Part shown: positions 30,250 through 42,312 of the stretch, piece by piece
Layout of the letters: the number at the start of each line of letters is the position of its first letter
Numbering within the stretch: position 1 is the stretch's first letter
Assembly (NCBI GenBank): GCA_963668315.1
Contig: OY764216.1
Span: 3,648,001-3,712,000, forward strand
Length of the DNA stretch: 64,000 bases
DNA from: Spirochaetia bacterium
GTDB lineage: Bacteria; Spirochaetota; Spirochaetia; DSM-2461
Reading direction: 5' to 3'
The notes under the pieces: model-generated
The model's input: only the letters and a program-made list of their open reading frames with translations
Databases searched by the model: none
What the model was told of the DNA's origin: nothing
Program-made: the position numbers and the translations under genes

Positions 30250-31510
30250 TGGATTTCATAACGATTCGGGGACCGAATCGTCTGTGCAGAAGGACGTGAC
30301 AGCAGCATATACCTGATCTATTCAAAGAGCCGCATCCTTGATGTAAATCCCAAGACTGCTGAAATCCTTGGTTACACCCGGACACAGCTTACCATTGCCG
30401 ATATTGATGCCGAAGTCACAACTGAAAAATGGAATTAAGGCTGAGAAAGATTATCAGTGTTCAGGGTCTCTTTCAGGACATCACAGATATTAATAATGCC
30501 GAAATTCTCCTTAAAAAAAGCGAAAGAAAGTACAGGAACCTTATAGAGCTTCCCCCCCTGAGAATTGGTATTATTGATCAGTAGGGGCATATCATAGATA
30601 CCAATCAGTCCATTGCATCCATGCTCGGATACAATATGGGTGAACTTCTGTCACTAACCACAGAAGACCTCAGTCATTCCGAAGAGTTTCCCCTTGAAAA
30701 GAATCTGATCGAATCACTGATAAGGAATGAAAAGAAATCATTCAGTCTGGAAAAAAGGTACAGACATAAAGACGGAAGGGACCTGTGGGTGAATGTCACC
30801 GTCTCCAAAACGGAAAATCTATTCGGACGGACGCTTTTCTTTTCTGTTTTCTGCGAAGACATAAACTCCCGGAAAGAGATGGAACGGGAGATGAAGAAAC
30901 GAGAAGAGCAGCTGACTCACTCAAGAAAAATGGAAGCACTCGGACAGCTGGCCGGTGGAGTTGCCCAAGATTTCAACAACATGCTGGCCGGGATTACCTG
31001 AATATGATCATAAAGTCATCGGAAAATGCCTCCAAGCTTATCTCGCAGCTCTTGGCTTTTCCCGGAAGGAGATAACCAGAAAAGAAAAAATCGACATTCA
31101 CGGGATTATCGGGGTGAGGATTTCCATTCTGAGTCGGACGATAAATAAAGAAATCAAGATTAACCAGAATCTTGAGGCCCTGTCCACCGTCATTTTCGGC
31201 GAACCATCCTCCCTTCTCAATGCTTTTCTGAATCTCTCCATTAATGCCAGTCACGCCATGAAAACGGGAGGAGATCTGTCAATTTCAACCGATAATATCA
31301 TACTGGATGAAAAGGACTGCCGGAAAAACCTGTTTTCCCTGCAACCGGGAAAGTTTCTCCAGATAGAGATCAGCGATACGGGAACCGGGATATCTCTTGA
31401 AATAGGGACTTTCCGTCGTATACGGTACAATAGAAAACCATAAGGGAGCCATAACCGTTGACAGCGCGGCAGGAAAAGGAACCTCGTTTTACATCTTTCT
31501 TCCCTGCCGC
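30250..31510 (+). pseudogene. Degraded PAS-domain sensor histidine kinase
   Basis: Fragments in several frames: RILDVNPKTAEILGYTR (PAS), MLGYNMGELL...EKRYRHKDGRDLWVNV (PAS/PAC), KMEALGQLAGGVAQDFNNML (H-box, His to Gln), NLSINASHAM (N-box), SDTGTGI (G1), GLSVVYG...GKGTSFYIFLP; internal stops and deletions. Confidence 0.88.
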
Positions 31511-31716
31511 GAATGATGGGAATGGAAAGGGAATTGTATTAAATCCGACTCTATTCGATCCACCCGAGTTCTTTGACTATAAAATTGAGTTTGTTGGATT
31601 CAAGGAAAGTACCCCTGTAATCTGGTGGGATTTCTCAAATGGTTTATCAAGGCATTTCATGAACAGTCTTTTATTTATTAACAAGTTATGTATAATAGGC
31701 ATTATCAGGGGGAAAC

Positions 31717-32274
31717 ATGAGTTTAGGTGTTAATGTCGCCGTATTGAATGACAGGAACGAAATTCTTCTTGTCAAGCGTGAAGATTTTCATGTCTGGTGT
31801 ATGCCTGGTGGAAGAGTAGAATTAGGGGAATCCCTTTCAGAAGCAGCTTTGAGAGAAACTCTTGAAGAAACCAATATACATGTCCAATTAGATTATCTGG
31901 TGGGAAGTTATTCCCGCCCTAACTGGTATGACAAATTCTACCATATCATGCTCTATCGTGGTACACCTTTGACTGATGACCTCATCTTTCAAAAAGAAGA
32001 GTGTGTTGATATTGGCTACTTTGAGTATTCTGAAATTCCGAATGAGCTTTTAATTGGCCAAAAGCAACGTATTGATGATGTTTTCAGCAATAAAGTTGGG
32101 ATCTCGGTACTAGAGAAAAATCATCACCCCTTTAAAGATGCCAGGACAATAAGAGATTCCTATGACCTGAGAAATGACTCTTCTCTCTCACGGTTAGAAT
32201 TCTACAAGAAAAACTACAAAGAGATTCAAGATGATGAAATTCAGACTGAAACAAAGCGTACCATCTTTGTATAA
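31717..32274 (+). CDS. NUDIX hydrolase
   Basis: WCMPGGRVELGESLSEAALRETLEETN. Confidence 0.9.
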   Translation: MSLGVNVAVLNDRNEILLVKREDFHVWCMPGGRVELGESLSEAALRETLEETNIHVQLDYLVGSYSRPNWYDKFYHIMLYRGTPLTDDLIFQKEECVDIGYFEYSEIPNELLIGQKQRIDDVFSNKVGISVLEKNHHPFKDARTIRDSYDLRNDSSLSRLEFYKKNYKEIQDDEIQTETKRTIFV

Positions 32275-32299
32275 GGGGTAAACTTGAAGGATTATCTCA

Positions 32300-32638
32300 T
32301 CAAAGCTCCCCTTCAATTACCTCCTGTCGGTATTTAGTAGCCCAGTTAACAATATCCTCAAAAAGAGGAGATAAATCCTTCCCTTTCTGAGTCAGGAAAT
32401 ATTCATAGCGTACGGGATTTTCCTGGTATGGATTTTTACTGATGATCTTTTCTGCTTCCAGTTTTTTTAATCTATCAGCGAGAATGTTAGTTGTTATATG
32501 TTCCCCTGCCCCCAGAAAATCATTATAGCGGGCAAACCCGCGCATGAGGTCTCGGACAATGATCAAGGTCCATTTATCTCCGAGAATATCTAGAGTACTG
32601 GCGATGGGGCACGGTGAACGTCTTTTAATCTTTGCCAT
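32300..32638 (-). CDS. HxlR-family (winged HTH) transcriptional regulator
   Basis: RSPCPIASTLDILGDKWTLIIVRDL, LADRLKKLE, YEYFLTQKG. Confidence 0.92.
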   Translation of the reverse strand: MAKIKRRSPCPIASTLDILGDKWTLIIVRDLMRGFARYNDFLGAGEHITTNILADRLKKLEAEKIISKNPYQENPVRYEYFLTQKGKDLSPLFEDIVNWATKYRQEVIEGEL

Positions 32639-32658
32639 ACATAAAATATAACATAGTC

Positions 32659-32749
32659 ACTTGCAAAATAAAAGCAGATATGTTAAATTGGATTCGTCAC
32701 TTGCATTTCGCAAGTTAATATTTTACAGGATAACTTGCAATACACAAGT
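32659..32749. promoter_or_regulatory. Three ACTTGC-N5-GCAAGT operator-like palindromes between hxlR and the cupin gene
   Basis: 32659 ACTTGCAAAATAAAAGC; 32699 ACTTGCATTTCGCAAGT (perfect); 32733 ACTTGCAATACACAAGT. Confidence 0.75.
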
Positions 32750-32793
32750 CTCTATATGACTTAGTACTTTCAGGTATCCAGAGAGAGGTATTT

Positions 32794-33192
32794 ATGAAGA
32801 CGGGAAGTAATTTCGCCATTAAGAATGCAGGAAACTTTGACACTCTTACCAGGGAAGTTTTCAACGAAAGTCTTAATCTCACGGGAACAGAAATATCCAT
32901 CAACAGAATTAAGGCAGGAGAAAGTTCTCCCTTTATTCATGCTCACAAACGGAATGAAGAAGTTTATGTTTTCCTGAAAGGAAAGGGTCTTGCCTATATT
33001 GATGGAGAAGAATTCTGCGTTAAGGAAGGCGATGTTATACGGATTGATCCAGATGGGAAACGAGCCTTCAAAGCCGATGATTCCACTGATCTTAACTTCA
33101 TCTGTATCCAGGCTAATCAAGCAAGTCTGATTCAGCATACGGGAAACGACGGCTATCTGATCGAAGAAAATCCTTCTTGGATACAGAAATAG
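32794..33192 (+). CDS. Cupin-domain protein
   Basis: PFIHAHKRNEEVYVFLKGKG...DGEEF...GD; RBS GAGG. Confidence 0.9.
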   Translation: MKTGSNFAIKNAGNFDTLTREVFNESLNLTGTEISINRIKAGESSPFIHAHKRNEEVYVFLKGKGLAYIDGEEFCVKEGDVIRIDPDGKRAFKADDSTDLNFICIQANQASLIQHTGNDGYLIEENPSWIQK

Positions 33193-33429
33193 ATAGAATT
33201 ATATGTTAATGGACTGGGATCCTATACTGAGAAATAGAGCCTTCTATTTTGATTGCTGCCAGTGCAACGGTTTAATGATCCCATTCCTAATAGGAAAGAT
33301 TTGACGTTCTGCAGCTGTGATCCTTCCTAAAAGAATGGATTACTCCTCTTCTATGTGTTTTAATAAACCAAGCGGAACGATCCGAGAATCATTGTTCCTT
33401 GCCGTTTTCAGACTTGAAAAAGATACCCC

Positions 33430-33612
33430 AAGTGTGGTTAAGTTTCCTCGATTTTTGCGAACTTGTGAGAACTGTCTTAATCCCTTTGCGGGATCACAAG
33501 TAATACAATTCTTCCCCAAAGCCCATGAGATAGCAAGCCGGCCGGCGTGTTTTATGTGATTGATAAATGTATTACCGTTGTAACGCTTATAAAGACTAAA
33601 CGGGCGTCCCAT
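33430..33612 (-). pseudogene. Tyrosine integrase remnant
   Basis: MGRPFSLYKR N-terminus fused to INHIKHAGRLAISWALGKNCITCDPAKGLRQFSQVRKNRGNLT, resembling the end of a core-binding domain; no catalytic domain; 100 bp from the tRNA 3' end. Confidence 0.65.
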
Positions 33613-33711
33613 AATACCTTCCGATGTCAATTTGATGACAGCAGTATTAACAAAACGCCCGTTTTTCAGATATGTTCATACGATACGATGACTTAGCATC
33701 ATATACTTTTA

Positions 33712-33785
33712 TGATCGACGCGGGATTCGAACCCACCACCTCTTCCTCCGGAGGGAAGCGCTCTATCCAAATGAGCTAGTCGACC
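33712..33785 (-). tRNA. tRNA-Arg (CCG)
   Basis: GGTCGAC TAGCTCATTTGGATAGAGC G CTTCC CT-CCG-GA GGAAG AGGT GGTGG GTTCGAATCCCGC GTCGATC A; CCA not encoded; TTGACA-N17-TATATT promoter upstream. Confidence 0.95.
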
Positions 33786-33887
33786 AGTGGACAGAAATAT
33801 AACGCCTTTTAAAAAATCTGTCAACCGGTCCGGCAAAATAGGAATGCACAGGCTCTCTCCTTATGATACAATAGGTCAGGAGAAAAT

Positions 33888-34490
33888 ATGAAGACGGAAG
33901 AGAAAATACTGCTTAGAAGCAGAATGCTGTTCATGGAAAAAGGGATATCCGGTACGCAGATGACCGAAATAGCCGAATCCTCCGGTATAAACAGAAGAAC
34001 CCTTTACCGCTATTTCCCTACGAAAGAACACCTTGTCTGTTCACTTCAGCTGCGTGTCTCCCGACAGATAAATGATTATTATAATCGCCTTTCATCGCAC
34101 CTCAAAGCTCCGGAAGGGGCTCCCCAGCTGATGGAATTCTTCCGTATTATTGATCTCGGAAAGTTAGGGGATCTTTTCTATCTCCAGGCTCAGTTTGACA
34201 GTCATTTTTCCGGTCCCTACCCGACGGAGGCATTGAAGGGGGAGAGGGAAGAAATCGAAAAGCCCGATGGGAAAGGACTTTTCAGGATTATCAGGGCGGG
34301 CCAGGAAAACGGAACCCTGAGAAAAGAGATGAGCCCTGCCATGCTTTATCAGTATTTAATGGAATCCTTTACAGCTCTGGCGGACCATGTCATACTTAAA
34401 AAATCTCATTTGGGAAAGGACTGGCAGGGCAATACCGATTTTCTGGGTATCTATAGAGAGGGAATTCGAAAGCAGTTTGTCATTGAATAG
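33888..34490 (+). CDS. TetR/AcrR-family transcriptional regulator
   Basis: LFMEKGISGTQMTEIAESSGINRRTLYRYFPTKE. Confidence 0.92.
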   Translation: MKTEEKILLRSRMLFMEKGISGTQMTEIAESSGINRRTLYRYFPTKEHLVCSLQLRVSRQINDYYNRLSSHLKAPEGAPQLMEFFRIIDLGKLGDLFYLQAQFDSHFSGPYPTEALKGEREEIEKPDGKGLFRIIRAGQENGTLRKEMSPAMLYQYLMESFTALADHVILKKSHLGKDWQGNTDFLGIYREGIRKQFVIE

Positions 34491-34500
34491 CCGAAGAGGT

Positions 34501-35154
34501 TCATTCCGTCCTATCCAGCCACGGTTCTATCAGGGTCATCAGGATTTTATGATTATCGATATCCCCGTCCCGCCGTGATGTCATAAAGGCGTGATCCGTA
34601 TCCTTCATAACCCGACAGAGGGGAGAATCCAGAAGGGAACCGAATTTTTCCCTGTCGAAATACGAATCCCTGTCGCCGATCAGGAGAAGCGAATTCCCAT
34701 CGGCCTTACCGATGGCGTCATAGACTCTGCCTATGGATAAAACGGGAGTCAGCCAGAGATTGCGTACTTTCCGGAAGGATATGTTCTCATTGAGATACAC
34801 CTGAGCAAGGGTTCCCAATGATTTCCCCACGATGAGCAGGGAAGAAGCGGGATCATGCTTTGCCAGGATCGTACCGACCTGCCCCATATCGTCTCGAATA
34901 TAACCTTCCTGCGATTCATCCCCTTTTTCTATAAAGCTTGTGTTTTCATTATAGCGATACTCGACACTGTATATCACGTACCCCCGTTCGAGAAGAGACA
35001 TCTTGAGAAAAAAGAAACCGGGGGCTTCGGAGCAATAGGAATAACCGGGAAGAAAAACAGCCATATCCTGCCCTGCCCTGTTTTCGTCAAACCATTTATA
35101 AACGACAAATTCCGAACCATCGGAACGGGTCAATCGGGTGATCTCATTTTTCAT
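34501..35154 (-). CDS. Alpha/beta hydrolase
   Basis: LPGYSY, GKSLGT nucleophile elbow, WLTP, GDRD, DHAF. Confidence 0.82.
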   Translation of the reverse strand: MKNEITRLTRSDGSEFVVYKWFDENRAGQDMAVFLPGYSYCSEAPGFFFLKMSLLERGYVIYSVEYRYNENTSFIEKGDESQEGYIRDDMGQVGTILAKHDPASSLLIVGKSLGTLAQVYLNENISFRKVRNLWLTPVLSIGRVYDAIGKADGNSLLLIGDRDSYFDREKFGSLLDSPLCRVMKDTDHAFMTSRRDGDIDNHKILMTLIEPWLDRTE

Positions 35155-35287
35155 TATCCTGCCCCCTGAATCTGAATTCACCATAAATATAACGCACAAC
35201 GTCTTCCTTTTCCTGTCAAGGTGTAACGCTAAACCATTTATGATATAGTATCTCCATCAAATCAGGATTGCCTAGGGGGAACAGATT

Positions 35288-36094
35288 ATGCATTTTCTTT
35301 CTATTTCCGAACTGACTCGGACTCAGCTTGATAGGATTTTTTCCATTGCCGACAAAATACGGGAAGGGGACGACAGGAAATACTTGAAAAACAAAACCGC
35401 CCTGCTCTTCTTTCCCGAATCCAGTATCCGCACGAGGGTCACCTTTGAAAAGGCCGTCAACGATATGGGGGGACAATCCATCCTCTTCCCACCCGAGTCC
35501 CTGGATAAGAGGGAAGATCTCCGGGATGCGGCCGCTTACCTCAGCAACTGGGCGGACCTGATCATCATACGTCACAGAGACGAAAAATTAGTCCAGTCTT
35601 TTGCTTCCACCTGCCGGACGCCTGTGATAAACGGCATGACATCACTAAACCATCCCTGCGAAATTCTCTCCGATTTCTACGGGATCAGCCGCCTGAGACC
35701 GAACGCGTCTTCCCTGAGGTATTCCTATGTGGGAGCGGAGGGCAATATTTTCCAGAGCTGGCAGAACCTTTCCGCCCTTGCGGGGTTTCAGCTGAACCAT
35801 ATCAACAGGGAAGGAGCAATAGAGGAGGTTCTCCGGGAAACGGATGTACTCCTCACCGATTCACTTCCCGAGGAGCTGAGAACCCCCGCTTACTATGAAA
35901 ATTTCGGTATAACGAAAGAGAGAATCGAGCTGATGCCCGAGAACGGTCTCTTTAACCCCTGCCCTCCCTTCTTCCGCGGGGAAGAGCTGAGTGAAGAGTC
36001 CCTGAAGAATCACCGTTTCGTGGGATATGATTTTAAAAAGAATCTATCCCACGTACAGAAAGCCCTCATGATCTACTGCCTGGATCACGCTTAA
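35288..36094 (+). CDS. Ornithine/aspartate carbamoyltransferase-family protein, atypical
   Basis: HFLSISEL, FFPESSIRTRVTFE, IIIRH, PVING, HPCE, NPCPPFFRGEE. Confidence 0.8.
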   Translation: MHFLSISELTRTQLDRIFSIADKIREGDDRKYLKNKTALLFFPESSIRTRVTFEKAVNDMGGQSILFPPESLDKREDLRDAAAYLSNWADLIIIRHRDEKLVQSFASTCRTPVINGMTSLNHPCEILSDFYGISRLRPNASSLRYSYVGAEGNIFQSWQNLSALAGFQLNHINREGAIEEVLRETDVLLTDSLPEELRTPAYYENFGITKERIELMPENGLFNPCPPFFRGEELSEESLKNHRFVGYDFKKNLSHVQKALMIYCLDHA

Positions 36095-39000
36095 ACAAGG
36101 CTTCTTACATGGCTGATTTTTTCATCCAGCCTTTTGGGCGACACTTTTATGGCGGTTTTAACAGCACCGCCCCCGAAAAGAGCGACACTGTACTCCTGAA
36201 TCATCCAGAATAATTCATCCATAGCTTCTATTTTCACACCTGTGGCATGCAGGGAAAGCTCCTCTTTCATTTTCTGATACTGATCGAAATACACATGCCA
36301 CTCTTCCTCACGCTTTTTATCTGTCATCGGGTCTATCATACCCTTTTCAATTCTCTGAACCAAAGAGCGCAGATAACGAATCATATCGGCCCATTTATCC
36401 GGATGGTAGAGCATGACAAAATCTTCCGGCATAAGCGCCAGAAGATCATTCTCCCGGTCATCAAGGAACTGCTCGCGTCCTTTCTTACCCAAGGCTCTGT
36501 TTTTCTTGAGACTCTGACGGCACTGGGCATAACCATCAAGGAGCCGCAGAAGGTTTTCTCCATAGGATTCCGCCGTCTCAAAGACATGGGCCCCCTTCTC
36601 TCTTCTCAGTTCATCGAAACTTCGCTCATCACGACAGCCGTCCACAGCAAAAAGATCAAAGAAAACCCTCTCCCAAAGAGAATCCTCCAGCTTCTCTCCT
36701 CCCCCCAGATAAAGGACTTCCCGGGGGAAACGGTTCACAAGATCGAGAGACTTTCTGAAATTCTTCTCCTCCTTCAGATAGAACCTCCTGAAAAGAGCAG
36801 CCGTTCCGTCCCTGTGGACTTTCTGTGCTTCCAGTTTATCCTGAAGCAGCCTGATATCCACATCCTTACCCGCCTTCTTCAGTACGGGATAGAGAAAAAG
36901 GGTATGACCGTGACTTTTATGTTTGATCCGGAAGGGTAGATCCAGCCCCTTCCAGTCCTTCAGGGCATGCCTTTCCCATTCCATTTTCTTTTCCCTCAGC
37001 TGACCTTCGGGAAGGACAGGATCTTTCACTTTTTCAAACAGAATGGACTTGTCCCGGGAAGCCCGCACAACCTTGCCCTTATTGTCCTCAAGAGCATAGC
37101 GCATCTTCAGATATTCGGGGATTTTCTCCTCATCCCATTCGGAGGGATTGATGACCAGATTCCATGTCCGATAGATAATGGAAGACAATTGCTCGACAAG
37201 AAGCGCCTGGGAACGGGAATCGAGCTTTCGGAGAATTTCCTCCACATGGGCATTGACGGGAATCAGTTTCTTTCTCTTCTCCTTGGGAAGGCTTTTTATC
37301 AGAGAGGTAATCAATTCTCGGTTCTTGCCCGGCACCAGGGTGGGTACGGAGTTAGGGTCAATCTGGCTTAGCCTGTTCTTAGGTATTCTCAATGTGACGC
37401 CGTCTTCGGTCTCTCCGGGCAGAAACTTGTACTCCAGTTTGAATTTCTGCTCATCCTGGACGAAATAATCGGGATAATTCTCCCTGTTGTATTCATAGTC
37501 CGAAGAGCGGAGAAGATCTTCCTCCGTCAGATACAGCTCTCTGTCGCCGGTAATCTTGATCAGCCTGTTAAGCTGCCTGATATCATAGACAACCATTGGC
37601 TTATCCAGACCCTGGCTAAGCTCATGTATCTTTCTGGTATAAAAATCTTCCATGACAGAACCGCTGTCGAGGAGGTCCCTTCTTCTTAATTTATCTTCTA
37701 TCAGACTGAGTGAGTCCCACAGTTTTCTGTTGGCCTTGAGAAAATCCGGCTCCGAACCTTTGAGACTGCCGTCGCCGCAGAGACCGTCCCGAATGAACAT
37801 CTCGGCCGCTTCCTTCGGTTTGTACTGACCGTAGGGAACGGTTCTGTCATTCCTCAGGAGGAAACCGAAGATCTTCTCTTCTTCTTTGCACAGTGGCTTA
37901 CCCTGTTTATCATCCCACCAGGGAGTAATGTAGTTCCTCTTTACCAGATGACTCCCTATCTGGCTTATCCACTGGGATTGTATGTTGCCGTTGACACGCA
38001 TATAGAGACGACTGGTCCTGACCATCTCCGCCGAAACCAGCCATTCTCCTCCCCGTCCGAACAAACCGGAACCGGGGAAGATCATGGTTTCCCGGCGCCT
38101 GGTAGCCTCATAGATATTCTTATCCTTCCGGTGGGAAATATGGGAAAGAAATCCGCTTAATACCGATTTATGAACCGCGCTGTAAAGGGCTTCATCGGTC
38201 CCCTTGAAAGGCTTGAGCAAATTGTCGGGAAAGGTCTTGTCCTCTGCCAAAATGGTACGGAACTGCCGGTATAAATCCCGCCATTCCCGCATTCTTTTAA
38301 AGGACAGGTAATTTTCCTTGCAGTATTTCTTCAGGGCGCCCAGCTTCATCCTGCCCTCACCGATCTGCTGCCAGCCCTTCCAGATATTGAGAAGGGTGAT
38401 AAAATCGGATTCCTCATTTTCGAAAACAGCATGCTTCTGATCGGCCGTACCGGCCTTATCGGAGGGCCTTTCCCGGGGATCATGAATAGAAAGGGCTCCC
38501 CCCAGAACAAGAGCTTCGTCAACACAGCCCTCCCTTCCCGCCTGAAGGATCATTTTCGCCAGTCGGGGGTCCATGGGAAGAGCGGACATGCGAAAGCCCT
38601 CTTTTGTGAGAATCCGTATTTTTCCGGGGGCTCCGGGCTCTTTACCCCCATCGCGGTTATTCACTTCCCGTATGGCCCTTAACTCTTCAAGGGTTTTGAA
38701 ACCGTCGCGGATACCGGCACTCTGGGGAGGATCAACAAAGGGAAAGTTATCCACATCATAAATCTTCAGACTCAGCATCCGCAGGATAACTTCCGCCAGA
38801 TTCGTCCTGAGAACTTCCGGCGGCGTATAGAGGGAACGTCCGTTATAATCCTCCTCCGAATAGAGCCTGATGCAGATACCCTCTTCAATTCGCCCGCAGC
38901 GCCCCTTCCTTTGATCGGCGCTTGAACGGGAGATACTCTCTATGGGAAGACCGAATGTGCCCGTACTGGGCGTATAGCGGGCAATTCGGGCCACCCCCGT

Positions 39001-39894
39001 ATCAATGACATAGACGATACCCGGTATGGTGAGGGAAGTTTCCGCCACATTGGTGGACACGACGATCTTCCGGGAGGAGGATTCCTCGAAAATCCTGTGC
39101 TGTTCCCCGGTGGTCAGACGGGCATAGAGGGGAAGTATATTCAGCTGCCACCGGGAATAGCGGGCGGCGATCAGATCACAGCACTCCACGATATCCTGCT
39201 CCGTGGGCATGAAGATCAGAACATCCCCTCCCGTTGTCTCCAGGAGTATCTCCTCAAGGGCATCGGCTCCCGCCTCGGCCAGGGACTGTTCACCCCCTTC
39301 CTCGGAAGGCGGGCGGTATCTTACCTCGACCGGATAGGTGCGGCCCGACACTTCAATGATCGGAGCATTGTCGAAGGCCTGGGAAAACTTCTTCGTGTCT
39401 ATTGTTGCCGATGTTATAATGACTTTCAAATCCGGACGCTTCTTAATCAGCATGCGGAGAATCCCCAGCAGGAAGTCGATATTCAAGCTTCGTTCATGGG
39501 CTTCATCCACGATTATGCAATCGTAGTGGCTTAGCATCCGGTCATTTTGAGCTTCTGCCAGCAGCACTCCGTCGGTCATCAGCTTGACCTTGGTTCTGCT
39601 TCCCGTTTTCTCGTCGAAGCGGATTTTGTAACCCACCAGATCTCCGCAGTTCGTCCGAAGCTCTTCGGCTATTCGGTTGGCCACAGAAACAGCGGCTAAG
39701 CGCCTTGGCTGGGTACAGCCGATTATCTTCCCCTTTGCTCCCAGCCCGGCTTCCAGGCAGAATTTGGGAATCTGTGTTGTCTTACCGCTCCCCGTCTCTC
39801 CCGCCAGTACAATTACTTGATTGTTACGGATGAGATCTATAATTTCCTCTCTTTTTTCCGAAATGGGGAGATTTGACGGATAGGTTATATTCAT
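36091..39894 (-). CDS. hrpA: ATP-dependent RNA helicase HrpA
   Basis: GETGSGKTTQ, TQPRR, DEAH, SAT, STNVAETSLT, QRKGRCGR; long C-terminus with DGVTL. Confidence 0.95.
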   Translation of the reverse strand: MNITYPSNLPISEKREEIIDLIRNNQVIVLAGETGSGKTTQIPKFCLEAGLGAKGKIIGCTQPRRLAAVSVANRIAEELRTNCGDLVGYKIRFDEKTGSRTKVKLMTDGVLLAEAQNDRMLSHYDCIIVDEAHERSLNIDFLLGILRMLIKKRPDLKVIITSATIDTKKFSQAFDNAPIIEVSGRTYPVEVRYRPPSEEGGEQSLAEAGADALEEILLETTGGDVLIFMPTEQDIVECCDLIAARYSRWQLNILPLYARLTTGEQHRIFEESSSRKIVVSTNVAETSLTIPGIVYVIDTGVARIARYTPSTGTFGLPIESISRSSADQRKGRCGRIEEGICIRLYSEEDYNGRSLYTPPEVLRTNLAEVILRMLSLKIYDVDNFPFVDPPQSAGIRDGFKTLEELRAIREVNNRDGGKEPGAPGKIRILTKEGFRMSALPMDPRLAKMILQAGREGCVDEALVLGGALSIHDPRERPSDKAGTADQKHAVFENEESDFITLLNIWKGWQQIGEGRMKLGALKKYCKENYLSFKRMREWRDLYRQFRTILAEDKTFPDNLLKPFKGTDEALYSAVHKSVLSGFLSHISHRKDKNIYEATRRRETMIFPGSGLFGRGGEWLVSAEMVRTSRLYMRVNGNIQSQWISQIGSHLVKRNYITPWWDDKQGKPLCKEEEKIFGFLLRNDRTVPYGQYKPKEAAEMFIRDGLCGDGSLKGSEPDFLKANRKLWDSLSLIEDKLRRRDLLDSGSVMEDFYTRKIHELSQGLDKPMVVYDIRQLNRLIKITGDRELYLTEEDLLRSSDYEYNRENYPDYFVQDEQKFKLEYKFLPGETEDGVTLRIPKNRLSQIDPNSVPTLVPGKNRELITSLIKSLPKEKRKKLIPVNAHVEEILRKLDSRSQALLVEQLSSIIYRTWNLVINPSEWDEEKIPEYLKMRYALEDNKGKVVRASRDKSILFEKVKDPVLPEGQLREKKMEWERHALKDWKGLDLPFRIKHKSHGHTLFLYPVLKKAGKDVDIRLLQDKLEAQKVHRDGTAALFRRFYLKEEKNFRKSLDLVNRFPREVLYLGGGEKLEDSLWERVFFDLFAVDGCRDERSFDELRREKGAHVFETAESYGENLLRLLDGYAQCRQSLKKNRALGKKGREQFLDDRENDLLALMPEDFVMLYHPDKWADMIRYLRSLVQRIEKGMIDPMTDKKREEEWHVYFDQYQKMKEELSLHATGVKIEAMDELFWMIQEYSVALFGGGAVKTAIKVSPKRLDEKISHVRSLV

Positions 39895-39897
39895 CAC

Positions 39898-40311
39898 TTA
39901 ATTTTTATCCCTGTCACTGTCCCGGCCGGCGGTTTCCGCCTGTTCCCGGTTTTCAAACTGTTTCACCGAAATACTTTCCACCCATCCTTCAACATCATCC
40001 CTTTTTACCTGATACCAGAGCTGGGACGTGCTCCTGTCCACTTTGGAGGAAAGGATTTCGAGAACGGCCCCTTTTCTGAGGGTGGCGACAACGGAACTGT
40101 TCCTGTCCATCTCCGCAGTAACTTTCAGATAGTTCTCGATGACCACAGCCCAGCTCTGATCATTGGTGATGATGGGGGTGGGCGGCAGTACAAGGGGCAC
40201 TTCCACGGCCGCCTTCTTTTCACAGGAAACAAAAAGTGTCAGAAAGAGCGCTACGGCAATAAAGACGACTCGTCTCTTAATGTTATTTACTTTCAATATA
40301 ATCATATACAA
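39898..40311 (-). CDS. SH3-domain lipoprotein
   Basis: Lipobox-like LFVSC; LRKGAVLEIL...WYQV...GWV; start uncertain. Confidence 0.75.
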   Translation of the reverse strand: MYMIILKVNNIKRRVVFIAVALFLTLFVSCEKKAAVEVPLVLPPTPIITNDQSWAVVIENYLKVTAEMDRNSSVVATLRKGAVLEILSSKVDRSTSQLWYQVKRDDVEGWVESISVKQFENREQAETAGRDSDRDKN

Positions 40312-40319
40312 AAGAATCC

Positions 40320-42311
<1,992 letters not shown>

Positions 42312-42312
42312 C

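Noticed and set aside
30126..30400. Second attachment site (tRNA 3' duplicate) closing the islet
   Set aside because: No convincing copy found by eye; the left boundary is approximate.
33317..33559. 80 aa plus-strand ORF, and ORF 31458-31733
   Set aside because: Antisense to the integrase remnant or read-through of pseudogene debris; no RBS or family motifs.
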